This document shows, in pieces, positions 46,964 to 57,109 of a stretch of DNA of 64,000 bases. Numbering within the stretch: position 1 is the stretch's first letter; the number at the start of each line of letters is the position of its first letter. Location: contig CAVIUA010000040.1 of assembly GCA_963645945.1 (NCBI GenBank), positions 34,353 to 98,352 on the forward strand, given 5' to 3'. The position numbers and the translations under genes are program-made. This DNA is from a bacterium. Lineage in GTDB: Bacteria > Bacillota_I > Bacilli_A > RF39 > UBA660. The notes beneath the pieces were generated by a model. That model was given only the letters and a program-made list of their open reading frames with translations, was not told the DNA's origin and did no database searches.

Positions 46964-48307
46964 CTAGTTATTTAGTAATTCTTCTTTATAGGCGTTGATT
47001 AATCCGTCAACATAAGCACAGCCCATGAAACACACTACAGATTCTTTTTCTTTTAACAATTTGTCAATCGTACTTTCACTTATTATTTCACCAGAGGTAA
47101 GTCCAGATAAAATAATTGATGAAGATATTCCAGGATAATCTTCAGGCTTTTCTCTATTACAGTCAATTTCAGTTAAATATGTTTTATCAGCAATTTTAAA
47201 TGCTTCAATAAACTCATTTTTAAAGTCTCTTGTTCTTGAATATGTATTTGGTACAAAAACAACAACTAATCTTTTATTTGGATATTTTTGCTTAACTGCT
47301 TCTAAAGTAACCTTTATTTCAGTAGGATGATGAGCATAGTCATCTATTATGATGCTTTCACCTACTCTTTGTTCAGCAAATCGTCTTTTTGCATTTTTAA
47401 ATGTCTTTAGAAGTTTTTCTATGATATCTTTTTCTAAACCTATTTCTTTTGTCATGATGATAGCTGCTGTTGCATCCATTACCATATGTTTACCATATAA
47501 TGGAATATTGAAATGGCCATATAATTCGTCATTTATATATAAGTCAAATGATGAACCTGATTCCTCTAAAGAAATATTTTTTATTACAATATCATTATTT
47601 TCATTGAATCCATAGAATAAAACTTTAGTTTTATAATTTATTTTTCTAACTTCTTCATTATCTCCGTTGGCAACTATTAATTTTTTAGTTTGATTAGCAA
47701 ATATTTCGAATGTATTTTTAATATCATCTATATCTTTATAACACTCTAAATGTTCAGCTTCAATATTTGTAATTATTGAATATGTTGGATGATAAGCAGT
47801 GAAATGACGATTGAATTCATCACTTTCGACAACATAATATTTATTTTCTCTAGTTGCATGGCCATCACCTGCGCCGATGAAATAGTTGCAACCTACTGTA
47901 TTTTCTAATAAGTGTCTTATAATAGATGATGTTGTTGTTTTACCATGAGTACCTGATACTCCTACAGTTGAAAATTCATCTATTACATCGCCCATTATTT
48001 CATTATATTTTTTTATAGTTAGACCTAGTTTTTTTACTCTTTGCATCTCTGGATGATCTTCTTTAAAAGCTACACTATAAGTTACAATAGTATCGGGACT
48101 TATTTCATGATTACCATCATAGTATATAGGGATATTTCTAGCCTCTAAGCCATCTTGAGTAAATTTATGACCTTTTGCGTCATCATAGCCAGATACATTG
48201 TTTCCTAAATCACTTAAAATTTGAGCTAGAGTTGACATTCCAGTTCCTTTTATACCAATGCAATAATATTTCATTTTCCTACACTCCTTGTTTTTTTTAG
48301 TATACAA
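46964..48307 (-). CDS. murC: UDP-N-acetylmuramate--L-alanine ligase
   Basis: GIKGTGMSTLA N-terminal motif and Mur ligase central and C-terminal domains (GTHGKTTTS). 447 aa. Confidence 0.9.
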   Translation of the reverse strand: MYTKKNKECRKMKYYCIGIKGTGMSTLAQILSDLGNNVSGYDDAKGHKFTQDGLEARNIPIYYDGNHEISPDTIVTYSVAFKEDHPEMQRVKKLGLTIKKYNEIMGDVIDEFSTVGVSGTHGKTTTSSIIRHLLENTVGCNYFIGAGDGHATRENKYYVVESDEFNRHFTAYHPTYSIITNIEAEHLECYKDIDDIKNTFEIFANQTKKLIVANGDNEEVRKINYKTKVLFYGFNENNDIVIKNISLEESGSSFDLYINDELYGHFNIPLYGKHMVMDATAAIIMTKEIGLEKDIIEKLLKTFKNAKRRFAEQRVGESIIIDDYAHHPTEIKVTLEAVKQKYPNKRLVVVFVPNTYSRTRDFKNEFIEAFKIADKTYLTEIDCNREKPEDYPGISSSIILSGLTSGEIISESTIDKLLKEKESVVCFMGCAYVDGLINAYKEELLNN

Positions 48308-48398
48308 TATTTGTTTTTAGAAGTAAAGTTATCTATATATATTATATGTGATATTAGATATTTTCAGAAAGAAAAAGATTGAACTTTATTCAATCATT

Positions 48399-48578
48399 TT
48401 AGTTTTCTTTATTTTCTTGGCTGTTAGCTCTTGCTGCTTTTCTTTTATTACGACATTCTTTACATCTCTTTGGTTCATTATCTAAACCTTTTTCTTTGTA
48501 GAATGCTTGTTCTCCAGCAGTAAAAACAAATTCATTTCCACAGTCTTGACAAACTAATGTCTTGTCTTCGAACTCCAT
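48399..48578 (-). CDS. 59-aa zinc-ribbon protein (MEFEDKTLVCQDCGNEF...KRCKECRNKRK), missed by the ORF track
   Basis: GGAGGT ribosome-binding site 7 nt upstream of the ATG. Two CxxC pairs 27 residues apart. Falls below the 60-aa cutoff of the supplied track. Confidence 0.55.
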   Translation of the reverse strand: MEFEDKTLVCQDCGNEFVFTAGEQAFYKEKGLDNEPKRCKECRNKRKAARANSQENKEN

Positions 48579-48740
48579 CGTTTACCTCCTTATTAAGAAT
48601 TGGACTTATGAAAAGGATATAGTTTCCAGTCTCAATAAAGAGGAAAAATAATAGCCAATTTTATATCAAAAATCCAGTGAAATCTCACATTTAATAATAT
48701 AACATTTTTGATGAATTTATGCAATGTGTAGATTAAAATT

Positions 48741-49478
48741 TTACATTTTGTATTTACTTTTAACTTTTTGATAAGCTTTTCTGCTGTCTTCTACTGTTAT
48801 TATTTTAGTATCTGCCATGTGTTCTATTTCATATATTGCTAAAGCATAATAGTTGGCATAATTATCGGAAACACCAGTCTTTAGGTCCTCATTTAAACGT
48901 CTCATAGCAAGTGATGGAATTTTACTAGTAACATTAGTTCCAAAACTGTTTGTTATAACAGAATTTAGTATTGAACGCATTGTTCTTCTATATAATAAGT
49001 CTTCTTCGGTTTTTTCATCTATTAAACTTAAGTCTAAGTCAATTAAAGAGATATGATTTGAAAATAAGATATTGTCGCCAGCAATGTCTTCTGTTTTTAT
49101 ATGATGTTGTGATAAAGTACGTACTTCTTTTTTTATTCTATTTAAAGCGTTTTTTAATACATCGATTCTTGTATCTTGAGGTATTTTATCTAGACTTACT
49201 CCTGGCATTATTGATGATGTGTATCCATATAATTCGTTTTCACTTCTAAAAATATTTCTTGGTGTTGCAACGGAAGGTATATCAGGTATTTTCGATAATG
49301 CTTCTAATGTATTTAATACTTCTTTATTTTCTTTTGCGGCTAATGAATAATATTCTTTATTTAATATTTTTAGATATTCATCTTCGTTATAACGATATAT
49401 TGTACTACAACTTCCTTTCGCAACGATATCTTTTTCTTGTAAATTTAAATCGGCTACGGAATTAATAATATTTTGCAT
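48741..49478 (-). CDS. Hypothetical protein with protein-kinase-like (APH/CotS-like) features
   Basis: GSCSTIYRY glycine-loop-like segment, a Lys in YLKIL, DNILF (HxDxxxxN-like) and IDLDLS (DFG-like). 245 aa is short for the fold, so the call is weak. Confidence 0.3.
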   Translation of the reverse strand: MQNIINSVADLNLQEKDIVAKGSCSTIYRYNEDEYLKILNKEYYSLAAKENKEVLNTLEALSKIPDIPSVATPRNIFRSENELYGYTSSIMPGVSLDKIPQDTRIDVLKNALNRIKKEVRTLSQHHIKTEDIAGDNILFSNHISLIDLDLSLIDEKTEEDLLYRRTMRSILNSVITNSFGTNVTSKIPSLAMRRLNEDLKTGVSDNYANYYALAIYEIEHMADTKIITVEDSRKAYQKVKSKYKM

Positions 49479-49535
49479 AGTGTCCTCCCTTTTTATGGCG
49501 CCTATTATACTATAAAATAAAGAAAAAATAAAGCT

Positions 49536-50165
49536 TTAATTGATATTTGCTTTATTTTGTTCCCTTTCTAATTTAGAGTATATGCAACCACAGTAGTCTT
49601 GACGATATAAATTATACTCTTTTGATAATTCAATACTTCTTTTATAACCGTTTTTCTTTTTAAAATCAGAATATAAGTAATTAGCTTGATATTTTTCGGA
49701 TAAATTTTCTCCTATTTCATTTAACCAGGAAGTCATTTTATATGGACTTAGAGTTAGTGTTGTGGCGAAGAAATCAAAGTTTTTTTCTTTAGCAACTTTA
49801 GCTGTTTCTTCTAGTCTTAATTCATAACATTTGTAGCAACGTTTACCGCGCTCTTTTTCTTTTTCTAGACCTTTTGCTATTTGAAAGAATTCTTTTGGCT
49901 CATATCTTGAGTCAATTATATTAATAGGATATTTAAAAGTCAATTTTGATATAAAATTTTTTAATTCATCTAGACGTTTTTGATATTCTTTTTCTTCAGT
50001 AATATTTGGATTATAATAAAGAATTGAAATTGTAAAGTGTGAAGCTAATCTTTTTAATACAGCTGATGAACAAGGTGCACAACAAGCATGTAATAACAAA
50101 CTAGAACCTTCTTTAGAATTTAAAATTTGTTCTTCCATTAATTTTTCATAATTCACTACTATCAC
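49536..50165 (-). CDS. queH: Epoxyqueuosine reductase QueH (DUF208)
   Basis: LLLHACCAPCS N-terminal Cys cluster and a CGC near the C-terminus. About 209 aa. Confidence 0.75.
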   Translation of the reverse strand: MIVVNYEKLMEEQILNSKEGSSLLLHACCAPCSSAVLKRLASHFTISILYYNPNITEEKEYQKRLDELKNFISKLTFKYPINIIDSRYEPKEFFQIAKGLEKEKERGKRCYKCYELRLEETAKVAKEKNFDFFATTLTLSPYKMTSWLNEIGENLSEKYQANYLYSDFKKKNGYKRSIELSKEYNLYRQDYCGCIYSKLEREQNKANIN

Positions 50166-50220
50166 TTCTTTTCGTTTCGTATTATAACATATTTTTTTCT
50201 TCTTTAGTATATAAATTACT

Positions 50221-50967
50221 ATGGAAAGTATTGTTTTTAGTTTTTTAGTGACAACTTTAGCGGGATTTAGTACTTTACTTGGTATTATTCCGTGTTATTT
50301 AAATAAGACTAGGGAAAGTGTTATTAGTAAATCTTTGGCATTTTCAGCTGGGATTATGTTAACGATTTCTTTATCTTCTTTAATACCAGAGTCAGTTTCT
50401 CTCCTCTCTTTTAAATATAGTTATATATTTATTTTTATTATTGTATTTATATATGTTGTTTTAGGTATTTTATTTTCTTCTTTTATTGATCAAAAAATTG
50501 AAGAATGTTTTACTAATAATAAACTTTATAAGCTTGGTCTTATTTCAATAATTGCTCTTTGTTTACATAATATTCCAGAAGGGATTACTACTTTTATTTC
50601 AACTAGTAGTAATGTTAAGCTTGGTATTACTTTATCTATTGCGATAGCGTTACATAATATTCCGGAAGGTATTTCAATAGCTGTTCCAATATATTATGCG
50701 ACTTTAAGTCATAAAAGAAGTTTTTGGTATACATTGCTTTCTGGATTTTCAGAATTACTGGGAGCTATACTTGCCTATTTATTTATTGCGAGATTTGTTA
50801 ATAACTTTGTTCTTTCTTTAATGCTTTGTGTTACGGCTGGAATTATGATACATATAAGTATTTATGAACTCTTACCTAATTCCTTTGTATATAAAAATAG
50901 AAAAGATACTATATTATCTTTTCTATTTGGAGTTTTAGTAATGTTTATTTGTGAAATTTTAATTTGA
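50221..50967 (+). CDS. zupT: ZIP family metal transporter ZupT
   Basis: Two HNxPEG motifs (LHNIPEGITT, LHNIPEGISI) and about 8 transmembrane helices. Confidence 0.85.
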   Translation: MESIVFSFLVTTLAGFSTLLGIIPCYLNKTRESVISKSLAFSAGIMLTISLSSLIPESVSLLSFKYSYIFIFIIVFIYVVLGILFSSFIDQKIEECFTNNKLYKLGLISIIALCLHNIPEGITTFISTSSNVKLGITLSIAIALHNIPEGISIAVPIYYATLSHKRSFWYTLLSGFSELLGAILAYLFIARFVNNFVLSLMLCVTAGIMIHISIYELLPNSFVYKNRKDTILSFLFGVLVMFICEILI

Positions 50968-50973
50968 TTACTT

Positions 50974-52620
50974 TTATTTAGTTGCTGATTTTATTTTATA
51001 AATAAATGTTGAATTACTTGAACTGTTTGAACTATATCCATTATAATTTTTTGATAATTTTACTAAAGTTTTTAATTTATTAGAATAATTATTTACTGTT
51101 TTTCCATATGATGATAATTTATTTATTCCTTCTTTATTTAATTGTTCAAGACCTGAAGCTAGACTATCAGTACCATTAAATATTTCAACTGTACCAGTAG
51201 ATAATTGTTTAGCACCAGCAGATAATTGAGCTACACCAGCTTTTAATTCTGTTAAGCCAGAATTTACTTGTTCTGATCCTGCTTCGGCTTTATATAAAGC
51301 TTCTTCTAATTGATTTAGCATATAATCAACTGTTGCAACTGTACTATTAATTTGTTCTGTTAGTGTTGAAATGGCAGTGTTGTTATTTTCTAATAAAATT
51401 AAGTAAGGTAATGTTTCTATTTGTTTCAATGTAAGACCTTTACTCATTAAACATGTTGCTAAAGTAATCTCGTTTTCTTCAGTTTGAAGATTACATTCTA
51501 CAGCTGCCTTTTTAGCATTGATGATTTGTTTTTCATCATTATTATATTGTAATTTAATTTTTGCAATCATTTTATTGTTTGAAATTTGTAATTCTTGTAA
51601 TTGTTTCATTTGTTCAACTGTTTCTGTACTAGTTTGAGTTTTTTCTAATTGTTCCTTTGCTGAAGTTAAACTTTCTATTATTTGTTTTAATCCTGTTGTT
51701 AATTCTACGGATCCAGATTCTAGTTTTTCTATACCTGCTTGAGCTTCTTCTAATTTAGTACTTAAAGTATTTGCTCCAGTAGAGATTTCTTTAGTACCAG
51801 CTTTTAATTCATTAGCGCCTGCTACAGCTTTATCCATACTAACTTGTAAAGTATTTAAAGAAGAGTTTAAAGTATCCATTTTATTAAATATATTCATATC
51901 AGTTTCTGATAATAGTTTTGGAGAGGAAATTAAATAGATGTTATTTAAACTGAAGCTTGTAGTATCAAATGATATTTCTACACTATCTAAGCCTTTTAAT
52001 TCATTAGCACCTAAACTTTCATATAATCCAGGGGCTGCTAAGGCTACTACCATACTCTTATTTCCTGTACTAGTAACTTTACCATTAGTAATAGTAATAT
52101 TTGAGTTTGTTTTATTACTTAGAGATGTTCCAAGTGTTACTACAAATGGAGTATATAAACCAGTTCTTGTATCATAAGCATTGTTCTTTAAACTTAATTT
52201 AATAGTAACTTTACCTTTTTTACCTACTAATTTTTTAGCTTTCATTTCTTTACCATCTAAATAGTATTTAGCATCTACTGTAATAGGTAATTCTTTATCT
52301 GTTGTACCTTGATAATAAATATCTTTACCTTTAGCATTCCAAGTAATGATACCATTATTTTCAGTATAAGTTTCTTTTCCATTAATATTTAATAATTCTT
52401 TTAGTTCTGTATCATCTTCTACTTTACCTTTATCTAAATTAGATATATGATTATTTACAATTGTTTTTTCAACTGTTCCGTCGTAGTTTAAATTTGTATA
52501 AACTGTTTCTTCTTTAGTTAAAGCTAATGTTGATACTGGTGTAAATAATAAACTTGATATTAAAACACCTGATATAACTTTATTTAAATTTTTCATTTTA
52601 AACTCCCTCTTTCTTGACAT
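50974..52620 (-). CDS. YhgE/Pip-domain protein (secreted or membrane-anchored, coiled-coil repeats)
   Basis: N-terminal signal/TM, then an Ala/Thr/Gly-rich helical repeat region (ANELKAGTKEISTGANTLSTKLEEAQAGIEKLESG) typical of YhgE/Pip and EsaA-like proteins. No C-terminal transmembrane bundle. Confidence 0.5.
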   Translation of the reverse strand: MSRKREFKMKNLNKVISGVLISSLLFTPVSTLALTKEETVYTNLNYDGTVEKTIVNNHISNLDKGKVEDDTELKELLNINGKETYTENNGIITWNAKGKDIYYQGTTDKELPITVDAKYYLDGKEMKAKKLVGKKGKVTIKLSLKNNAYDTRTGLYTPFVVTLGTSLSNKTNSNITITNGKVTSTGNKSMVVALAAPGLYESLGANELKGLDSVEISFDTTSFSLNNIYLISSPKLLSETDMNIFNKMDTLNSSLNTLQVSMDKAVAGANELKAGTKEISTGANTLSTKLEEAQAGIEKLESGSVELTTGLKQIIESLTSAKEQLEKTQTSTETVEQMKQLQELQISNNKMIAKIKLQYNNDEKQIINAKKAAVECNLQTEENEITLATCLMSKGLTLKQIETLPYLILLENNNTAISTLTEQINSTVATVDYMLNQLEEALYKAEAGSEQVNSGLTELKAGVAQLSAGAKQLSTGTVEIFNGTDSLASGLEQLNKEGINKLSSYGKTVNNYSNKLKTLVKLSKNYNGYSSNSSSNSTFIYKIKSATK

Positions 52621-54661
52621 TTTTATTTTTTAATACTATCTTATCAAACATCATTAATAATGTTGGTAAAATGAATATTACAGATGCCATACTGATTAAT
52701 GATCCACGTGCTAATAAATTACAAATTGAACCGATCATATCTATTTTTGTATAGAAACCAACACTTGATGTTGCGGCAAAGAAACATAAAGCAGAAGTTA
52801 TAATTGATGGTATTGTAAATTGTAATGTTTCTTCCATACACTTTTTCTTATCGGCACTCTTTTGTCTTTTTTCAATGTATGTTGTTGACATAAGAATGGC
52901 ATAATCAATTGTTGCTCCTAACTGAATTGTACCAACGACAATTGATGCTATAAATGGTAGAGATGTACCTGTATAATATGCAATTGACATATTTACGAAA
53001 ATGGCAAACTCAATTACTAAACTTAAAATTATTGGTAAACTTAATGATTTTAGTACTAATACCATGATTATAAATATTACAGCTAATGATGTGTAATTTA
53101 CCATTTTAAAGTCATGGTCAGCTATACTTATAAGGTCTTTCATTAAAGCACCTTCACCTGCTACGATAGCTTTTTTATCATATTTATGAACTATTTTATT
53201 TATTGTAGTTATTTGATTATTTAATTTATCTGATGCTATTTCATATTGTGAATTAGTTAAGACTAATTGATATTTATCGTTATTAAATAAATCTTGTAAT
53301 TCATCTGGCAATATTGTTTCTAATCCATTATTGATTATTTCACTTGGTGCTAATACTAAGTCTATTCCTTTTACATTCTTTAATTCATCGGTTAATTCTT
53401 CTACTTCAGTACTTGATACATCTTTATCTAGAATAATTATTTCTGGAGATGTAATGTTAAATTTTTTAGCTAAATTTGAATTAGCTACGTTAAATGCTAA
53501 TTCTTTTGGTAGAGAATCATCTAGTTTATAATATACATCATAATGACTGTTTCCATAGTATGCAGGTATCATTAAGATGATGAATATAATTAGAATTGCT
53601 TTAGATTTTGATGTAATAAATTTTGGTAATTTTTTAAATTCTGGTAATAATATTTTGTGTTTTGTTTTATCAATTTGTTTATCAAAAATAAGTAAGAATG
53701 CTGGGAATATTGTGACAACAGTTAATAGTCCAAATAGAACACCTTTTGCCATAACTATTCCGATATCTTTACCTAATAATAAATCCATTGTACATAGTGC
53801 TAGGAAACCTGCAAATGTAGTTAATGATGAACCTAATATTGATTTAAATGTTTGAACTATGGCATCAGACATAGCTTTTTTCTTATCTTTGATTTTCTTT
53901 TTAGAATCTTCATATTTGTGATATAAGAAAATTGAGAAGTCTGTTGTTACACCAAGTTGTAATACTGCAGAAATTGATTTTGTAATATAACTTATATCTC
54001 CTAGGAAGTAGTTACTTCCCATGTTGTAGATTATAGCGATACCAATGTTACCTAAAAGTAAGAATGGTATAATGTATGAATCTGTTGTTAGTAATAGAAT
54101 TATTAAACAGAATAATACGGCTATAGCTACATAAGCTACGATTTCTTGATTTGATAAATCCATTGTATCAATTACCATTGCGGTCATACTGCTAACTCTT
54201 GTGGCATCATTTACAGTTTCACGTAATTCTCTTACAGCTTTTATGGTTGAATCTTCAGATGTAGAGCCATCAAAGGTAACAAATATTATTGTTTCGTTAT
54301 CAGAATATAGTTTATCTTTTACCTCATCTGGTAACATGTCGTAAGGAATTGTTGTATCAATTATGTCTGCTACACTGTATACGGCATTGACATTTTTAAT
54401 GTCTTTTATTTTATCCTCTAAATTAAGGATATAGTTTGATGATTTGTTATCTACCATGACAAAGGCATATGAACCTAAGCCAAAATCATCAGTTAGTATG
54501 TTTTCACCTTTAATAGTTTCAATACTATCTGGTAAATATACTAAAATGTCATAATTTACTCTGGTGTTTATATAACCGAATACGGAAACTATTAAAAGAA
54601 TAAAACCTACTATAAGGATTAAAATACCATTGTTTGTTATTTTATCCGCTATTCTTTTCAT
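52598..54661 (-). CDS. MMPL/RND-superfamily membrane transporter
   Basis: 687 aa with two six-helix transmembrane bundles, each preceded by a soluble loop. Overlaps the downstream YhgE-like gene by 23 nt. Confidence 0.75.
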   Translation of the reverse strand: MKRIADKITNNGILILIVGFILLIVSVFGYINTRVNYDILVYLPDSIETIKGENILTDDFGLGSYAFVMVDNKSSNYILNLEDKIKDIKNVNAVYSVADIIDTTIPYDMLPDEVKDKLYSDNETIIFVTFDGSTSEDSTIKAVRELRETVNDATRVSSMTAMVIDTMDLSNQEIVAYVAIAVLFCLIILLLTTDSYIIPFLLLGNIGIAIIYNMGSNYFLGDISYITKSISAVLQLGVTTDFSIFLYHKYEDSKKKIKDKKKAMSDAIVQTFKSILGSSLTTFAGFLALCTMDLLLGKDIGIVMAKGVLFGLLTVVTIFPAFLLIFDKQIDKTKHKILLPEFKKLPKFITSKSKAILIIFIILMIPAYYGNSHYDVYYKLDDSLPKELAFNVANSNLAKKFNITSPEIIILDKDVSSTEVEELTDELKNVKGIDLVLAPSEIINNGLETILPDELQDLFNNDKYQLVLTNSQYEIASDKLNNQITTINKIVHKYDKKAIVAGEGALMKDLISIADHDFKMVNYTSLAVIFIIMVLVLKSLSLPIILSLVIEFAIFVNMSIAYYTGTSLPFIASIVVGTIQLGATIDYAILMSTTYIEKRQKSADKKKCMEETLQFTIPSIITSALCFFAATSSVGFYTKIDMIGSICNLLARGSLISMASVIFILPTLLMMFDKIVLKNKNVKKEGV

Positions 54662-54774
54662 TGTTATTCCTCCTTCTTTGCATAATTAATTGTATTCATT
54701 ATTTTAATAATTTCCATTATTTTTTGTATTTTTTTGGTCGATATCCAACACTTGTATGTCAAAAGTAGTGCATT

Positions 54775-54826
54775 TAGACAACTTTGTGTAGTTTATCTTT
54801 ACAAATGGCGTATTAGGTATATAATG
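54775..54826 (+). promoter_or_regulatory. tetR promoter (TTTACA-16-TATAAT) with an adjacent imperfect palindrome TAGACAACTTTGTGTA
   Basis: -35 at 54798-54803 and -10 at 54820-54825. The palindrome at 54775-54790 sits in the divergent region shared with the MMPL operon. Confidence 0.35.
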
Positions 54827-54844
54827 TTAAGTAGGTGATGGAAA

Positions 54845-55411
54845 ATGGATAAAAAGGAAGATTTAAGAGTAATAAAAACTAAAAAGAGTTTATATGATGG
54901 TTTAATTATGATGATGAAGGATAAACCATTTGAAGAGATAAAAGTGTCCGATATCTGTAAGGTAGCTTTAACTAATAGATCTACATTTTATGATCATTTT
55001 AATGATAAGTATGAACTTTTATACGCGTTGATGAAAGATTTGGAAGACTCTTTAATAAGTAAATTAAAAACTAATACAAATATTTCTAACTCAAAAGAGT
55101 TCTATTTAAAAACAATTGAATTACTATTTGAACATGTTAATGAAAACATTTCTATTTACTCTTCTATTCTTAAAAATAATAATAATAGTGTTGCTTATGA
55201 TATGATTAGAGATACCATTATGAAAGATGTAAAGAGTCATATTGAAAGTGAACAGGAATATAATAGTGATATCCCAATAGAAGTTATAACTACATTTTAT
55301 GTTAATGCTGTTATAAATGTATGTTCTATGTGTATTAGAAAACCTAATCAATATACAGCAGAAGATATGATTCGTTATTTAGATAAGTTAATACCAGATA
55401 ATTTATATTAA
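54845..55411 (+). CDS. TetR/AcrR family transcriptional regulator
   Basis: N-terminal HTH (FEEIKVSDICKVALTNRSTFYDHFNDKYEL). Divergent from the MMPL operon. Confidence 0.8.
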   Translation: MDKKEDLRVIKTKKSLYDGLIMMMKDKPFEEIKVSDICKVALTNRSTFYDHFNDKYELLYALMKDLEDSLISKLKTNTNISNSKEFYLKTIELLFEHVNENISIYSSILKNNNNSVAYDMIRDTIMKDVKSHIESEQEYNSDIPIEVITTFYVNAVINVCSMCIRKPNQYTAEDMIRYLDKLIPDNLY

Positions 55412-55464
55412 AATGAAAAGAACATGAATTATTCATGCTCTTTTTGTTTGTTTAAAATTACTTA

Positions 55465-55665
55465 CTAATTAGTGTATATTAAATACCCTATTAAAAAGGC
55501 TATTATTATGAGGAGAATAGTTGCGAAGACTCCTCTTTGCCTACTGGTTAATTTATTGTTAATATGGGAAAATAAATTAGTAACTATGATTGGTAGTAGT
55601 ATTAAAATTGCAACTCCTACTATACCTGCGATAACAAACAATTTTGAAAGATGTTCCAATTCCAT
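55465..55665 (-). CDS. Small two-helix membrane protein (66 aa)
   Basis: Two hydrophobic helices. Weak ribosome-binding site. Confidence 0.3.
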   Translation of the reverse strand: MELEHLSKLFVIAGIVGVAILILLPIIVTNLFSHINNKLTSRQRGVFATILLIIIAFLIGYLIYTN

Positions 55666-55685
55666 ATTAAACTTCCAATTTTAAT

Positions 55686-56555
55686 TTAATCTATATTAAT
55701 AAGTTCATACTCTGTTGTACCTATGCCTAGGTCTTTAGCAGCATCTATTGTATGATGTCCATTTCTTGACTCAATACGTTCTATTAAATGATCTTTACCT
55801 GGATCACTGCTGTTATATACCATGTCTAGACAAGCTTGGTCTATAGCAACAGGGTCAGTTGATAATACAATACCAATGTCTTTCATACAAGGATCTTCAG
55901 CTACACTACAACAGTCACAGTCTACTGACATGTTTGCTAGTACGTTTATGTAGACAATTTTATTATTGAATAATTTTACTACAGATGAAGCTGCATCAGC
56001 CATTGATTCTAGAAAACTATCATGATCTGCTGTCCATATATTTTCTGGTACACCTGCTCCATGAATATATGCCTTTCCATAAGATGAAGCACAGCCAATT
56101 GATAATTGTTTTAAAGCTCCACCGTAGCCGCCCATGGGATGACCTTTAAAATGAGATAAAACTAACATTGAATCATAATTCTTAATATTTTTACCTACAT
56201 GATTTTCTTTAATTTTCTTACCATTAGGAATAGGTAATACTAAATCTGGTCCTTCGGCATCTAATAAGTCAACATTAAAATATTTAGTCCAACCATGGTC
56301 TTCTAGTAATTTTTCATGTTTTTCTGTTGTATTTCTAGCTCCATCATAAGCAGTATTACACTCTACTACAGTTCCTTTTACATAGTCGATCATATCTTTA
56401 AAATATTCTGGATGAAGAAAGTTTTGATTACCTTCTTCACCTGAATGTACTTTTACAGCTACTTTTCCTTCTAAATGACAATTAGCTTTTTCATATAATT
56501 TTATTAAACTTTCACTAGTTAAATTTTTTGTAAAATATACTTTTGCTTTTTCCAT
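55686..56555 (-). CDS. Hypothetical Cys-rich protein (possibly DUF362-like, metal or Fe-S binding)
   Basis: CDCCSVAEDPC motif near the C-terminus. 289 aa. The family assignment is uncertain. Confidence 0.3.
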   Translation of the reverse strand: MEKAKVYFTKNLTSESLIKLYEKANCHLEGKVAVKVHSGEEGNQNFLHPEYFKDMIDYVKGTVVECNTAYDGARNTTEKHEKLLEDHGWTKYFNVDLLDAEGPDLVLPIPNGKKIKENHVGKNIKNYDSMLVLSHFKGHPMGGYGGALKQLSIGCASSYGKAYIHGAGVPENIWTADHDSFLESMADAASSVVKLFNNKIVYINVLANMSVDCDCCSVAEDPCMKDIGIVLSTDPVAIDQACLDMVYNSSDPGKDHLIERIESRNGHHTIDAAKDLGIGTTEYELINID

Positions 56556-56598
56556 GTTTAAGCCTCCTCATTTTTATTATAACAAAGAACGAATAATT

Positions 56599-57096
56599 TT
56601 ACTTATTTTTTTCTAAATAATTGCATACTTTAATGAAACAAGATATTTGATCTTCATTTAATTCTTTTGTTTCTACCATGTGTTTTAATTCATCCATAGA
56701 AAACCATTTAACTTCTGTTAATTCTTCCTCTTGAATTTTTATATCATTTAAATCAAGATCTTTATTTACAAAATACATTTTATAGCAATCTTTTCCATCA
56801 CAACCGGAATCGTATTCTGTGAATGTTTCATTTGAAAAATCAAGTCCTAATTCTTCTTTTACTTCACTGATAATTCCTTCTATTGGAGTTTCACCAGATT
56901 TTGGATGGCCACCAGTTACACCCCAGTCGCCACCTTTTTTCTCTACTCTTTTTTGCATAAGAAACTCACCTTTAGAATTTCTTATAACAACCATTACAAC
57001 CATTGGATAATATCCTTCTGGAACTTTTTCTCCTTTGTGATATGTTTTATTTGTTTTATTACTATTAATGTCATATAAATCTCTTAGTTCTGCCAT
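56599..57096 (-). CDS. NUDIX hydrolase
   Basis: Nudix box GGHPKSGETPIEGIISEVKEELGL (Gx5Ex7[RS]EUxEExGU). Confidence 0.8.
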   Translation of the reverse strand: MAELRDLYDINSNKTNKTYHKGEKVPEGYYPMVVMVVIRNSKGEFLMQKRVEKKGGDWGVTGGHPKSGETPIEGIISEVKEELGLDFSNETFTEYDSGCDGKDCYKMYFVNKDLDLNDIKIQEEELTEVKWFSMDELKHMVETKELNEDQISCFIKVCNYLEKNK

Positions 57097-57109
57097 ATTA
57101 TCACTCCTC

